Shown: positions 1 through 8,963 of the stretch, piece after piece
Numbering within the stretch: the first letter of the stretch is position 1
How the letters are laid out: each line of letters starts with the position of its first letter
Source: Elusimicrobiota bacterium
GTDB lineage: Bacteria > Elusimicrobiota > Elusimicrobia > UBA1565 > UBA9628
NCBI GenBank assembly: GCA_016207665.1
Contig: JACQPG010000115.1
Coordinates: forward strand, 26,696-90,695
DNA: 64,000 bases
Reading direction: 5' to 3'
Position numbers and translations under genes: made by a program
Notes under the pieces: generated by a model
Databases searched by the model: none
Told to the model about the DNA's origin: nothing
Seen by the model: only the letters and a program-made list of their open reading frames with translations

Positions 1-983
1 GAGGCGCGTAGCGAGGCCAGCGGGAATATCGGGGGATTGGAGAGCTGCCAGCCCTCGGCGCCCGCGAGGGGGTCGAACTCGGCCGGCATCGCGAAGCGCG
101 TGGCCTTATTGTGGCCCCACCACCCCGCCAGCCTGGGAAGCGAGTCGCCTCGGCCGTGGCGTTCGTGCACGAAGCAGCCGCCCAGGCCTCCGGGCCCGGA
201 ATTGAGATATTTGTAGCCGCACCAAACCGCGAAATCGGGAGCCCAATCGTGCAGCTGGAGCTCGAGATTGCCCGCCGCGTGGGCCAGGTCGAATCCCACG
301 GCGCAGCCTTGCCGCCGGGCTTCCTCGACGACGGCCGCCGAGTCGAAGGCCTGTCCGGTGAGGAAATTGACCTGTCCCAGGAGCACCAGGGCCACGCGTG
401 GCCCGTTTTCTCGTATGGAATCGAGCATGTCCTGAGTTCGCAGCGTGTGCTCCCCCGCCCGAGGAGAGAGCTCGAGCAGGGAGGTCTCCGGGTCGAAGCC
501 GTGATAGCGTATCTGCGAGGCGGCCGCGTAGCGGTCGGAAGGGAAGGCCCCTGATTCCATGAGTATGGCGCTGCGTCCCTGCGTGGGGCGGTAGAACGAG
601 GCCAGCATGAGGTGGAGGTTGACGGTCAAGGTGTTCATCACCACCACCTCGCCGGCCTTGGCTCCGACCACCCGAGCCATGGGTTCAGCCACCAGCTCGT
701 GATAGGAAAACCAAGGGTTACGGGCCTTGAAATGCCCCTCGACGCCCAGGCGCTCCCAGTCGGCCAGCTCCTGCTCGATGTAGGCTTTCGCGCGGCGCGG
801 TTGCAGGCCCAGGGAGTGCCCCGCGAGATAGACGCGGGCCCGCCCGGACCCGCTCGCGGGGATGAGGAACTCATCGCGCAACGGCGCCAGCCCATCCTCG
901 GCGTCCAGCGCGCGGGCGAAATCCTCGCCGGGCTCAAAGCGCACGCGCTTTCTCCCGGGTCCGTCCCAGCCAGCGGAGGGCAT
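1..983 (-). CDS. kynU: Kynureninase, N-terminal ~325 codons (C-terminus lies beyond the left window edge)
   Basis: Absent from the ORF track because no stop lies in the window. Manual minus-strand translation from ATG 983 reads MPSAGWDGPGRKRVRFEPGEDFARALDAEDGLAPLRDEFLIP..YLAGHSLGLQP..FDLAHAAGN..WCGYKYLNSGPGG..WWGHN, the PLP kynureninase pattern. Alternative GTG start at 944. Confidence 0.85.
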   Translation of the reverse strand, partial: MPSAGWDGPGRKRVRFEPGEDFARALDAEDGLAPLRDEFLIPASGSGRARVYLAGHSLGLQPRRAKAYIEQELADWERLGVEGHFKARNPWFSYHELVAEPMARVVGAKAGEVVVMNTLTVNLHLMLASFYRPTQGRSAILMESGAFPSDRYAAASQIRYHGFDPETSLLELSPRAGEHTLRTQDMLDSIRENGPRVALVLLGQVNFLTGQAFDSAAVVEEARRQGCAVGFDLAHAAGNLELQLHDWAPDFAVWCGYKYLNSGPGGLGGCFVHERHGRGDSLPRLAGWWGHNKATRFAMPAEFDPLAGAEGWQLSNPPIFPLASLRA

Positions 984-1962
984 TGTCGTGAAGCAGGGCG
1001 GCCTTTTCGGCCTCTCCGATCCCCGTCAGGCTCTCGATCAAGCGGCCCGGCGCGGACTCCCCCAAAGGGAAGGGATAATCGCTTCCCAGCAGCACCTTGT
1101 CCCGCCCGAACACGTCCAGGATTTGGACCAACTGCCGCGGGTCGTGAACGAGGGAATCGACGTAGAATCGGCCGAGAAACGAGGCGGGCGATTGGCGGGT
1201 GTCGGAAGCGCAGAGATCGGGACGAGCCTTGAATCCCTGCTCCATGCGCCCGATCAAAGCGCAAAAGGCGCCGCCTCCGTGGGCGAAGGCCAGACGCAGC
1301 CGCGGAAGCCTCTCGAGCGTTCCCGAGAAGACCAGCGAGGCCATCGCCAGAGCTAGCTCCGTGGGCATGCCGATCAGCCAGGGAAACCAATATTTGCGCA
1401 TCCGCTCGGGCGCCAGCATGTCCCAGGGATGGACGAACACCGCGGCGCCCAGGGCCTCCGCGGCCTCCCAGACGGGGCGCAGGCCGGGCCAATCGAGGTT
1501 TTCGCCGTTGACGTTGGAGCCGATCTGCACTCCGGCCAGGCCGAGCGTCTTCACGCAACGCTCCAGCTCCTTGACCGAGAGCTCGGGCGATTGGAGCGGC
1601 AGAGTGCCGAGTCCGATGAAACGCTCGGGCCGGCGCGAGCCTATCTCGGCGATATGATCATTGAGCAGCCGCGCCAAGTCCAGCCCATGCTCGGGTTTGG
1701 CCCAATAGGAGAACATCACGGGTATGGTCGACAACACCTGGGTCTCGACGCCGCAGCGGTCCATGTCCTCGAGGCGCCGGCTCAGGTCCCAGCAGTTGGA
1801 GTCCAGCTCGCGGAAGAGGCTGCCGTCGTCGCGCAAGAGCCGGCCCTTTGAGCCGTCTCGCGCCAAGCTCAGGAATCCGCCGTAGCCGTAACGAGCCTTG
1901 AGATCCGGCAGCTCGGCCGGAAGTATATGGGTGTGTACGTCGATCTTAGGTCTTGCTCGCAT
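934..1962 (-). CDS. nbaD: 2-amino-3-carboxymuconate-6-semialdehyde decarboxylase (amidohydrolase fold)
   Basis: 342 aa. N-terminal KIDVHTHILP metal-binding HxH motif, plus FVHPWDM and SDYPFPLGE motifs typical of ACMSD. Sits between HAO and kynureninase. Confidence 0.85.
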   Translation of the reverse strand: MRARPKIDVHTHILPAELPDLKARYGYGGFLSLARDGSKGRLLRDDGSLFRELDSNCWDLSRRLEDMDRCGVETQVLSTIPVMFSYWAKPEHGLDLARLLNDHIAEIGSRRPERFIGLGTLPLQSPELSVKELERCVKTLGLAGVQIGSNVNGENLDWPGLRPVWEAAEALGAAVFVHPWDMLAPERMRKYWFPWLIGMPTELALAMASLVFSGTLERLPRLRLAFAHGGGAFCALIGRMEQGFKARPDLCASDTRQSPASFLGRFYVDSLVHDPRQLVQILDVFGRDKVLLGSDYPFPLGESAPGRLIESLTGIGEAEKAALLHDNALRWLGRTREKARAL

Positions 1963-2467
1963 GGGGAGGGGAGACCTTGGCCCCGCATTTCTTGCAGGCG
2001 GAGTGTCCGCCGTAAAAGCGGTCGAACACGGGCTGGAGCTGGGTCACCAGATCGGTGAGATGGAAATACTCCTCGTAAAGCTTTTCGCCGCAGCCGGGGC
2101 AAAGCCACATGAGGCCGTCCTTCTCCTTGGGCAGCCGTCGCCGCTCGATCACCAGGCCCACGGTGCCCGAGGGACGGATGGGACAATGGGGAACCTTGGG
2201 AGGCAGCAGGAATATCTCGCCCTGGCGGATGGCGATGTCGCGGGCCTGCCCGTTGTCGAGCACGCGCAAGGTCATGTCTCCCTCGATCTGATAGAAGAAC
2301 TCCTCGCCCTCGTTGATGTGGAAATCGGTCCTGGAATTCGGCCCTCCCACCACCGTGACCATGAATTCCCGATCGGGCCAGATCTGTTGGTTGCCGACCG
2401 GCGGCTTGAGCTTGTCGCGGTGCTCGTCGATCCAGTTCTTGAAGTTGATGGGCGCTGAGATGTCCAT
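1946..2467 (-). CDS. nbaC: 3-hydroxyanthranilate 3,4-dioxygenase (cupin)
   Basis: Internal ATG (MDISAPINFKNWIDEH) of ORF 1946..2572. Cupin core FHINEGEEFFYQIEGDM..IFLLPPKVPHCP and a C-terminal CPGC...CKKC rubredoxin-like site, as in bacterial HAO. Confidence 0.88.
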   Translation of the reverse strand: MDISAPINFKNWIDEHRDKLKPPVGNQQIWPDREFMVTVVGGPNSRTDFHINEGEEFFYQIEGDMTLRVLDNGQARDIAIRQGEIFLLPPKVPHCPIRPSGTVGLVIERRRLPKEKDGLMWLCPGCGEKLYEEYFHLTDLVTQLQPVFDRFYGGHSACKKCGAKVSPPHASKT

Positions 2468-2496
2468 GGGTCTCTCCTGGCCGGGGCTTCGGGGGC

Positions 2497-2919
2497 TCAT
2501 AGGGTCGCGATGCATTTGAGCTCGATCGCGATGGGCGTGGGCAAGCTCGTGATCCCCAGCGTCGTGCGGCAAGGCTGGTTATCCTTGAAATACTCGGCAT
2601 AGAGCCGGTTGTAGACCGGGAAATCGTCCTTCATGTTGGTCAGATAGACGGTCACGTCCACCAGCTTGTCCCAGCTCGAGCCCGCCTCCTCGAGTATGTA
2701 GCGCACATTGCGGAACACCGAGTGGCACTGAGCCTCGATGTCGTAGGAGACGACGTTGCCCTTCTTGTCGAGAACCACGCCCGGAATTTTCTGGCTTCCG
2801 CGCTGCCGCGGCCCGACCCCCGAAAGGAACAGGAGATTGCCGACCCGCCGGGCATGGGGATAGAGCCCCACCGGCTCGGGGGCCCGACGTGAATGGATAG
2901 GCTCCTCTCTCTTTCCCAT
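2497..2919 (-). CDS. RidA/YjgF-family deaminase, likely 2-aminomuconate deaminase
   Basis: 140 aa, RidA pattern (GLYPHARRVGNLLFLSG..VDVTVYL..RTTLGI). The specific function is inferred from its position between HAO and the aminomuconate-semialdehyde dehydrogenase. Confidence 0.75.
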   Translation of the reverse strand: MGKREEPIHSRRAPEPVGLYPHARRVGNLLFLSGVGPRQRGSQKIPGVVLDKKGNVVSYDIEAQCHSVFRNVRYILEEAGSSWDKLVDVTVYLTNMKDDFPVYNRLYAEYFKDNQPCRTTLGITSLPTPIAIELKCIATL

Positions 2920-2920
2920 G

Positions 2921-4378
2921 TTATAGTTTCACGCAGACGTTCTTGGTCTCGCTGAAGAAACGCAGGGCCTCCAGGCCGCCCTCGCGCCCCAGCCCCGACT
3001 CCTTCATGCCGCCGAAGGGCGTTCGCAGGTCCCGCAGCATCCAGCAATTGATCCAGATTATGCCTGATTGGAGCTTGGCCGCGATGCGATGGGCGCGGCC
3101 GATATCCTTGGTCCAAAGAACGGCGGCCAATCCGTAGCGGGTGCGATTGGCCCAGTCCACCAGTTCCGCCTCGTCTCGAAACGGGATCAGGGTGGCCACC
3201 GGGCCGAAGATCTCGTCTTGATTGATCTGATGCTCCGGGCCCAGGCCCTCGATCAAGGTAGGCTCGTAAAACCAGCCGCCTCGGCATCGGCCGTTGACCG
3301 CCGCGCGCCTTCCGCCGCAGAGCACGCGGCCTCCGGCCTGGCGCGCCAGGCGCACGTAGGACTCTATCTTTTCCAAGTGCGTCTCGGAGACCAGGGCGCC
3401 CTGGTCGGTATCCGGATCCTCGGGGTCTCCGACCTTAAGCGCCTTGGCCCTTTCGACCAAGGCCCGCTTGAATCGGGGGTAGAGGGCCTTCTCGACGAAG
3501 ATGCGCGAGCCGCAGAGGCAGATCTGGCCCTGATTGAGGAAGGCGGCCTTGAGCGAGCCCTCGACCGCCTCCTCGAAATCGCAGTCCGAGAACACTATAT
3601 TGGGGTTCTTGCCGCCCATCTCCAGGGAGAGCTTCTTGAATGCGGGAGCCGCGGCCTTGGCGATATCGGCCCCGGTCTTGGTGCTTCCGGTAAAAGAGAC
3701 GGCCGCGACTTTCGGGTGAGCCACTAGCGCCGCGCCGGCCTTGCGTCCCGTTCCATGCACGATGTTGAGCACGCCGGCGGGCAAACCCAGCTCGCGGCAG
3801 ATCAGCGACAAACGGTGGGCGCTCAAGGGGGTGAGCTCCGAGGGCTTGGCGACCACGCAATTGCCCATGGCCAGGGCCGGCGCGATCTTCCAGGTCAGAA
3901 GATACAAGGGCAGATTCCAAGGCGATATGCAGGCTACCACGCCGAGGGGCTGGCGCAGCGTGTAATTGAGCGCGTTCTGGTCCGTCGAATGGCACTCGCT
4001 GGAGAACTGGGTGATGGCGTCGGCGAAAAATCGGAAATTGAGCGCGCTGCGCGGGATGTCGGCGACCGAGGCCAGCGACAAGGGCTTGCCGGTGTCCTGA
4101 GATTCCGCGCGGGCCAGCTCCGCCGCCCGGCTTTCGATCGCGTCGCCGATCTTGCGCAGCCAGGAGGCCCTTTCCGTGGCGCTTTTCGCCGACCAGGAAG
4201 GGAAGGCTCGGCTCGCGGCCGCCACGGCCCTTTCCATGTCGCGCTCATCCGAATCGGGCACGCGTCCATAAAGCGCCCCGCGAGCGGGGGCGAAATTATC
4301 CAAGAAGCGGCCTGAGGCCGGCGGCGTCAACCGGCCGTCCGCGTAATTGAGGATCGATTCGAGCCTTGCCGGACTCAT
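2921..4378 (-). CDS. NAD-dependent aldehyde dehydrogenase, likely 2-aminomuconate-6-semialdehyde dehydrogenase
   Basis: 485 aa. ALDH motifs SPWNLPL, FTGSTKTG, LEMGGKNP and GQICLCGSR (catalytic Cys). Substrate inferred from context. Confidence 0.85.
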   Translation of the reverse strand: MSPARLESILNYADGRLTPPASGRFLDNFAPARGALYGRVPDSDERDMERAVAAASRAFPSWSAKSATERASWLRKIGDAIESRAAELARAESQDTGKPLSLASVADIPRSALNFRFFADAITQFSSECHSTDQNALNYTLRQPLGVVACISPWNLPLYLLTWKIAPALAMGNCVVAKPSELTPLSAHRLSLICRELGLPAGVLNIVHGTGRKAGAALVAHPKVAAVSFTGSTKTGADIAKAAAPAFKKLSLEMGGKNPNIVFSDCDFEEAVEGSLKAAFLNQGQICLCGSRIFVEKALYPRFKRALVERAKALKVGDPEDPDTDQGALVSETHLEKIESYVRLARQAGGRVLCGGRRAAVNGRCRGGWFYEPTLIEGLGPEHQINQDEIFGPVATLIPFRDEAELVDWANRTRYGLAAVLWTKDIGRAHRIAAKLQSGIIWINCWMLRDLRTPFGGMKESGLGREGGLEALRFFSETKNVCVKL

Positions 4379-5028
4379 TCAATGTTTTCCTTGAGGATAG
4401 CGCGCACCGGGCCCGCGTCGCCGCCCTGGATATTGAGAGGCGGCGCGATCAACTCGTAAAGCCCATCCTCGACGCCGTCCAGGACCAGGCCTTCGAGCAG
4501 CGCCATGTCATGCTCGAAGGCGGCGTTATGGGATTCCAGCTTTTTGGAGTTCCACGGGTCAACCGAGGGAGCGTCCACGCCCACGAGTATCACCCCGTGA
4601 CCGGCGAGATAGTGGATCAGCTCGGGGGAAAGCGAATTGAAGTCGTCGCGCCAGGCGTAGGGATCGGGGAACGAACCCGTATGGAGCAGCAGGCGTTGCG
4701 CCGCTATCTTGCTGCAGCCCAGATGCTCGGGCGCCAGCCGCCCTCCGGGCGGCGCCTTGGCCGACAAGACCTGGCAGGGTCCCAAGTAATAGTGGAGGCT
4801 TCTCTTCTCGATGGACTCGCCTTCCGGATGATAATGGCTCGGGGCGTCCGCGTGCGCTCCTACGTGCAGTGTGGCTTCCATCCAGGAGAGGTCCAAATGA
4901 TCGCCCTTGCCGAAGGCGAGCGACTGACGGCGGCAAAAAGGCTTATCCCCCGGGAATACAGCGATCCGATCGCTGATCTCCGGCGAGATATCGTGATAGC
5001 GAGGCGTTGTCTTAGGGCGGACCTTCAA
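4375..5028 (-). CDS. kynB: Kynurenine formamidase (cyclase-family arylformamidase)
   Basis: YHDISPEISDRIAVFPGD and LHVGAHADAPSHY (HxGxHxDxPxH cyclase motif). Start placed at TTG 5028; the upstream 46 codons of ORF 4375..5166 look like the antisense shadow of the divergent gene. Start is uncertain. Confidence 0.8.
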   Translation of the reverse strand: MKVRPKTTPRYHDISPEISDRIAVFPGDKPFCRRQSLAFGKGDHLDLSWMEATLHVGAHADAPSHYHPEGESIEKRSLHYYLGPCQVLSAKAPPGGRLAPEHLGCSKIAAQRLLLHTGSFPDPYAWRDDFNSLSPELIHYLAGHGVILVGVDAPSVDPWNSKKLESHNAAFEHDMALLEGLVLDGVEDGLYELIAPPLNIQGGDAGPVRAILKENIE

Positions 5029-5034
5029 GGGAGG

Positions 5035-5049
5035 TATTTTACTAAAATA
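5035..5049. promoter_or_regulatory. AT-only inverted repeat TATTTTA-c-TAAAATA in the 28-bp divergent gap (candidate paired -10 elements or operator)
   Basis: Read directly from the sequence. Each arm reads TAAAAT toward its gene: 7 nt before TTG 5028 on the minus strand, 8 nt before GTG 5057 on the plus strand. Confidence 0.45.
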
Positions 5050-5056
5050 GCGCCCT

Positions 5057-5869
5057 GTGCCCGAAGCTAAAGCGACCCATGACGCGCTCAGCGGCGAGGA
5101 GCTGCGCGAGCTGGCCGATAGGCTTTGGCGGGCCCGGCTGGAGGCCCGCGGCTGCGAGCCGCCCACGCGATCTCATCCCCGTTTGGATATTTCCGACGCC
5201 TATCGGATATCCAGGCTGAATTTCCAGCGCCGACTCGAGCGGGGAGCGAAGCTCGTGGGCCGCAAGATCGGACTGACCTCCGAGGCGGTGCAGAGGCAGA
5301 TCGGGGTGGATCAACCCGATTTCGGTTATTTGACCTCCGACATGAGCCTCGAGAACGGGGAGGCTCTCGGCGCCGGAGAGCTCATCCAAGCGAAGGTCGA
5401 GGGGGAGGCGGTATTCGTCCTGGGGCGCGAGCTCAAGGGGCCCGGAGTCGACCGCGAGGACGTCATGAGGGCGGCGGACCATATTCGCGCCTGCATCGAG
5501 GTGATCGATTCGCGGGTCAAGGACTGGAGGATCAAGATACAGGACACCATCGCCGACAACGCCTCCTCCGCTTATTTCGCGCTGGGAGCGGAACGGATCA
5601 AGCCGGGATCCGTCGATCTGCGCCGCTGCCGCATGAAGTTGTGGAAGAACGGGAGCCTGGCCTCCGAGGGCAGCGGCAGCGCATGCCTGGGAGATCCCGC
5701 GCGGGCCGTGGCCTGGTTGGCCAACGCCTTGGCGGTGTGGGGGGAGGGCCTCAAGCCCGGCGACATCGTGCTCTCGGGGGCTTTCGGCCCGGTGGTCCCG
5801 TTTTCGCGCGGGGATGAATGCCGCGTCGAGATCGAGGGCCTGGGCCGGGTGGATTGGCGTTATGTCTGA
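5057..5869 (+). CDS. 2-oxopent-4-enoate hydratase / 4-oxalocrotonate decarboxylase family protein, paralog 1
   Basis: 270 aa, GTG start. Pattern GRKIGLTSEAVQRQIGVDQPDFGYL..EGEAVFVLG..DTIADNASS typical of MhpD/XylJ/XylI-type enzymes. Confidence 0.85.
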   Translation: MPEAKATHDALSGEELRELADRLWRARLEARGCEPPTRSHPRLDISDAYRISRLNFQRRLERGAKLVGRKIGLTSEAVQRQIGVDQPDFGYLTSDMSLENGEALGAGELIQAKVEGEAVFVLGRELKGPGVDREDVMRAADHIRACIEVIDSRVKDWRIKIQDTIADNASSAYFALGAERIKPGSVDLRRCRMKLWKNGSLASEGSGSACLGDPARAVAWLANALAVWGEGLKPGDIVLSGAFGPVVPFSRGDECRVEIEGLGRVDWRYV

Positions 5870-6629
5870 TCGACGCGGCGCCTTGGCTCTCTCTCTCGAG
5901 CGGGCCCGCAAGGGGCTCGAGACGGTGGCCCAACCGAGCTCCTCAGTCTCTCTCGGGGTCGAGGAGGCCTACGAGGTGCAACGGGAGCTTCTCAAGTTGC
6001 GCACCGCCGACGGCGAGAAAGTCGTGGGCTACAAGATGGGGCTGACCTCCAAGGCCAAGATGCGACAGATGGGCGTCGACTCTCCCATCATGGGATTCTT
6101 GACGGACGGGATGCGGCTCGACGGCTCTTTCTCGCTCGGTCGCGCCGTGCAGCCTCGCATCGAGCCGGAGATCGCCTTTCTGGTGGGCCGCGAGATCGCC
6201 GGTCCTCTGCCCCCGCGCGAGGCCTTGTCGCGCTGTTCCGCGGTCTGCGCGGCGCTGGAGATATTGGACTCCCGCTATCGCGATTTCAAGTTCAAGCTTG
6301 AGGACGTGATCGCGGATAACGGCTCGGGCTGCGCCTTCGCGCTGGGCCCCTGGACGAAAAACCCGGGCTTCGAGGCGCTCCAGGGCCTGGCCGTGACACT
6401 CAAGGTCGACGGCCTGGCGGCGCAACAAGGTCTCTCCGACGATATCTACGGACATCCCGCGCAATCCCTTTCGGCCTTGTCCGCTCTGTTGGCGCGGCGG
6501 GGACTGGCGCTGCCTGAGGGTTGCGTGGTCTTGGCCGGAGCCGCCACCCAGGCGATCTCCTTGAGGCCGGGGCTTTACGAGGGTTGCGTGGCTGGCTTTG
6601 CCCCGGCGTCCGTCTCGGTTTCCGCCTAG
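5862..6629 (+). CDS. 2-oxopent-4-enoate hydratase / 4-oxalocrotonate decarboxylase family protein, paralog 2
   Basis: Internal ATG (MSDRRGAL) overlapping the upstream stop as ATGTCTGA. GYKMGLTSKAKMRQMGVDSPIMGFL..EPEIAFLVG..DVIADNGSG. Which paralog is the hydratase and which the decarboxylase cannot be decided by eye. Confidence 0.85.
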   Translation: MSDRRGALALSLERARKGLETVAQPSSSVSLGVEEAYEVQRELLKLRTADGEKVVGYKMGLTSKAKMRQMGVDSPIMGFLTDGMRLDGSFSLGRAVQPRIEPEIAFLVGREIAGPLPPREALSRCSAVCAALEILDSRYRDFKFKLEDVIADNGSGCAFALGPWTKNPGFEALQGLAVTLKVDGLAAQQGLSDDIYGHPAQSLSALSALLARRGLALPEGCVVLAGAATQAISLRPGLYEGCVAGFAPASVSVSA

Positions 6630-6875
6630 GAGCCTAGGCTTCGCAGCAGGAGCGAAGCGTCGGGCAGCCCATGTCCCTGGCGCTCGATGGGCAAGCGCAG
6701 CCGCCGAGCCGACTGCCGAAGCGCGCGCAACAGCTCTTGGGGAGAGGCGTTCGGCTGCAGCGAAAGGTACAGTCCGGCCAGCCGAGGTTTATCATGCTGA
6801 GGTGCGCTGGTTGCGATCTGCGCCGCCAGGAGCGGATAGACATGGCAGGCGAATCAGGATTATGATATTCAGCCT

Positions 6876-7325
6876 ATGGAGTCGCTAGGCGGGAGCGTTA
6901 TACGAGAGGTCAAGGACTTTCTGCGGGAGCTCAGGACCGAGCTGCCCGGCCTGTTCGATACCCGGCCACGACAGCCAGGGCCCGGGCTTGAGTCGCCGCT
7001 GCGAGAGAAGGCCCGGAGCCTGTTCACCGAAAGGGTCGACTATTGGCGCCGGCGCATGGGCGTCTCGGTCGGGCGCATACGCATCAAGGACCAAAGGACT
7101 CTCTGGGGCAGCTGCTCGAACTCGGGCAATCTCAATTTCAACTGGAGGGCTTCGCTGGCTCCCATCGAGGTGGTCGATTATCTGGTCATCCACGAGCTGA
7201 GCCATCTCTTCGAGATGAATCATTCACCCCGGTTTTGGCGCCGGGTGGAGTCGTGGTGCCCGGATTGGAGAAGGCACCGGCGCTGGCTGCTCGACAACGG
7301 CCCAAGGCTTAAAGCAACGTCATGA
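6876..7325 (+). CDS. YgjP-like (DUF45/M48-type) zinc metallopeptidase domain protein, short form
   Basis: RTLWGSCSNSGNLNFNWRASLAPIEVVDYLVIHELSHLFEMNHSPRFW with an HExxH motif. At 149 aa it is shorter than typical family members. Confidence 0.7.
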   Translation: MESLGGSVIREVKDFLRELRTELPGLFDTRPRQPGPGLESPLREKARSLFTERVDYWRRRMGVSVGRIRIKDQRTLWGSCSNSGNLNFNWRASLAPIEVVDYLVIHELSHLFEMNHSPRFWRRVESWCPDWRRHRRWLLDNGPRLKATS

Positions 7326-7607
7326 GAGCCGGCGCGCGATCTCGGGCATGTCCGAGGGTTTGACCCCGGACCACCATTGACCATCCGGATAAAGGAACAG
7401 ATTAGGCCCCTGGGCGCAGAGGTCCAGGCAGCCCGAGCGGGCCACCCGTATCTGATCCTTGAGCCCCGCCTTCTTGATCTCCTCCTTGAGAAGCCGGCAT
7501 ATCTCATCGCCTCCTCGGCCGGGGTTGGCGCAGGCGGGGCGGCCGTCCGCACGGATATTGGTGCAGACGAACACGGTCTTGCGGAAGGGAACGGCCTTGC
7601 GGTCCAT
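7320..7607 (-). CDS. Thioredoxin-like [2Fe-2S] ferredoxin domain protein
   Basis: 95 aa. VFVCTN..GRPAC..SGCLDLCAQGPN cysteine pattern. Confidence 0.7.
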   Translation of the reverse strand: MDRKAVPFRKTVFVCTNIRADGRPACANPGRGGDEICRLLKEEIKKAGLKDQIRVARSGCLDLCAQGPNLFLYPDGQWWSGVKPSDMPEIARRLS

Positions 7608-7610
7608 GCT

Positions 7611-8555
7611 CTATTGTACCAGAGGCGCCGGCAAGGCGGGGAGTCGCGCGGGCCCGGCGGGCGCCGAGCCGACTTGGCGCGAGAGCCAAAAGGCTCCGCC
7701 GAAAGTCAGGGCGAAGCCCGTCCATTGAGCCCAACCCACGCGCTCGAAGCCCAGCGCCCATGAGAGGAGCAGGGTCAGGGCCGGATAGGAGAGGAGCATC
7801 GCCGTGGCCTTGGAGAGATCGATCTGGCGTATGGCGATATACCAGAGCACCAGATTGATCGAGTTCATCAGCAGCCCCTGCGCCGCGATCGCGAGCAAGA
7901 CCTCCCCGCCCAGGCTGATCGAGGCTCCGCGCCAAAGCTCCCAAAAGAAAAAAGGCAGCAGGGTGACGGCGCCGTAAAAGGTCCTGCCGCCGGACAATGT
8001 GCAGGCGTCGAGATCCCGCGGCAGCCTCTTGGCCAGCACATGGCCGAATTGGAATATCCAGGGGGTCAGGAGAGCCAGCAAATCCCCCTTCCAGCGAGGG
8101 GTGGAAAGCCCGTCGATCATGACCAGGGAAGTCCCGCCCAATATCAGCAGGCTGGCCGCGATCTGTGGCCGCGTGATGCTCTCGCCCAAGAGCCAGGCCG
8201 CCAGGAGCGCCGAGTAAAGCACCTCGGATTGGGCCATGATCGCGGCGTTGCCGGGAGTGGTGTAATGGAGCGAACTCAGAAGCAATATCGTCCCGAGGGC
8301 GCTGCCAAAAAAACCCATTCCCAGAAGCGGGCCTCGTATCCCGGGCTGGAAAAGGCGGCGCCAGCGGCCCTGTCGGGCCAAGGCGGGAGCCAGGGCGAGC
8401 AGGCCGATGCATAGCCCGGCCTGGGCGAAGGCGATCCCGCTCAGATGCTTGAGTCCCCATTGGCCGATCAGCGGCCAGAGGGCCGTGATCACCCAATCGA
8501 TCAGCAAGGCTGGTAGGGGCGTCAGTCGGGAGATCGGCATGCGTGATCGGGCCAC
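7611..8555 (-). CDS. DMT-superfamily (EamA-like) transporter
   Basis: 314 aa, about 10 hydrophobic segments in two halves, as in EamA domains. Confidence 0.7.
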   Translation of the reverse strand: MARSRMPISRLTPLPALLIDWVITALWPLIGQWGLKHLSGIAFAQAGLCIGLLALAPALARQGRWRRLFQPGIRGPLLGMGFFGSALGTILLLSSLHYTTPGNAAIMAQSEVLYSALLAAWLLGESITRPQIAASLLILGGTSLVMIDGLSTPRWKGDLLALLTPWIFQFGHVLAKRLPRDLDACTLSGGRTFYGAVTLLPFFFWELWRGASISLGGEVLLAIAAQGLLMNSINLVLWYIAIRQIDLSKATAMLLSYPALTLLLSWALGFERVGWAQWTGFALTFGGAFWLSRQVGSAPAGPARLPALPAPLVQ

Positions 8556-8576
8556 CTGGCCTGGTGGAGTTTGCCA

Positions 8577-8585
8577 TGATATAAT
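8577..8585 (+). promoter_or_regulatory. Extended -10 promoter element TGaTATAAT upstream of the DUF971 gene
   Basis: catGATATAATat lies 30 nt upstream of ATG 8615, in the divergent gap between the EamA and DUF971 genes. No good -35 element. Confidence 0.4.
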
Positions 8586-8614
8586 ATCGCTGCGATGAAG
8601 GCTACGCGCGGTTC

Positions 8615-8950
8615 ATGCTTAATTTCAACCCAAAAAACATAGAAAAAGTCGACGATGACCGGCTCAAAATCGTATGGGAAGACGATCATATCAGCCTCTA
8701 TTCCTTCCAATATCTGCGCCAAAACTGCCCGTGCGCTCTTTGCCAGGACGAATGGACCGGGGAGAAGTTGGTCGACCCGGAGCAAATACCGGCCAATACC
8801 ACCTCCGCCCGGGCCGAGTTGGTCGGCAATTATGCCATCTCTTTTTCCTTCTCGGACGGCCATGGCACCGGCATCTACTCCTTCGAGCATTTGAGGAAGC
8901 TCTGCCGCTGCGAAGAGTGTTCCCCGCATCCGGGGAGCCAATGGAATTAG
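8615..8950 (+). CDS. DUF971 (gamma-butyrobetaine hydroxylase N-terminal-like) zinc-binding domain protein
   Basis: 111 aa. [13 protein letters not shown]...[17 protein letters not shown] pattern. Confidence 0.7.
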   Translation: MLNFNPKNIEKVDDDRLKIVWEDDHISLYSFQYLRQNCPCALCQDEWTGEKLVDPEQIPANTTSARAELVGNYAISFSFSDGHGTGIYSFEHLRKLCRCEECSPHPGSQWN

Positions 8951-8963
8951 CGGTGGAGCCGGC

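Noticed and set aside
111-1558. Track ORFs 111..554(+), 612..1232(+), 638..1558(-) and 862..1356(+) in the first 1.5 kb.
   Set aside because: All are low-complexity and overlap the kynureninase and ACMSD reading frames, which carry strong family motifs.
6638-6658. Hairpin GCTTCGC-agcaggag-GCGAAGC after the decarboxylase gene, considered as an intrinsic terminator.
   Set aside because: The stem is only 7 bp and no T-tract follows, so it is too weak to call. The hairpin at 21136-21165 next to tRNA-Ser was left uncalled for the same reason.
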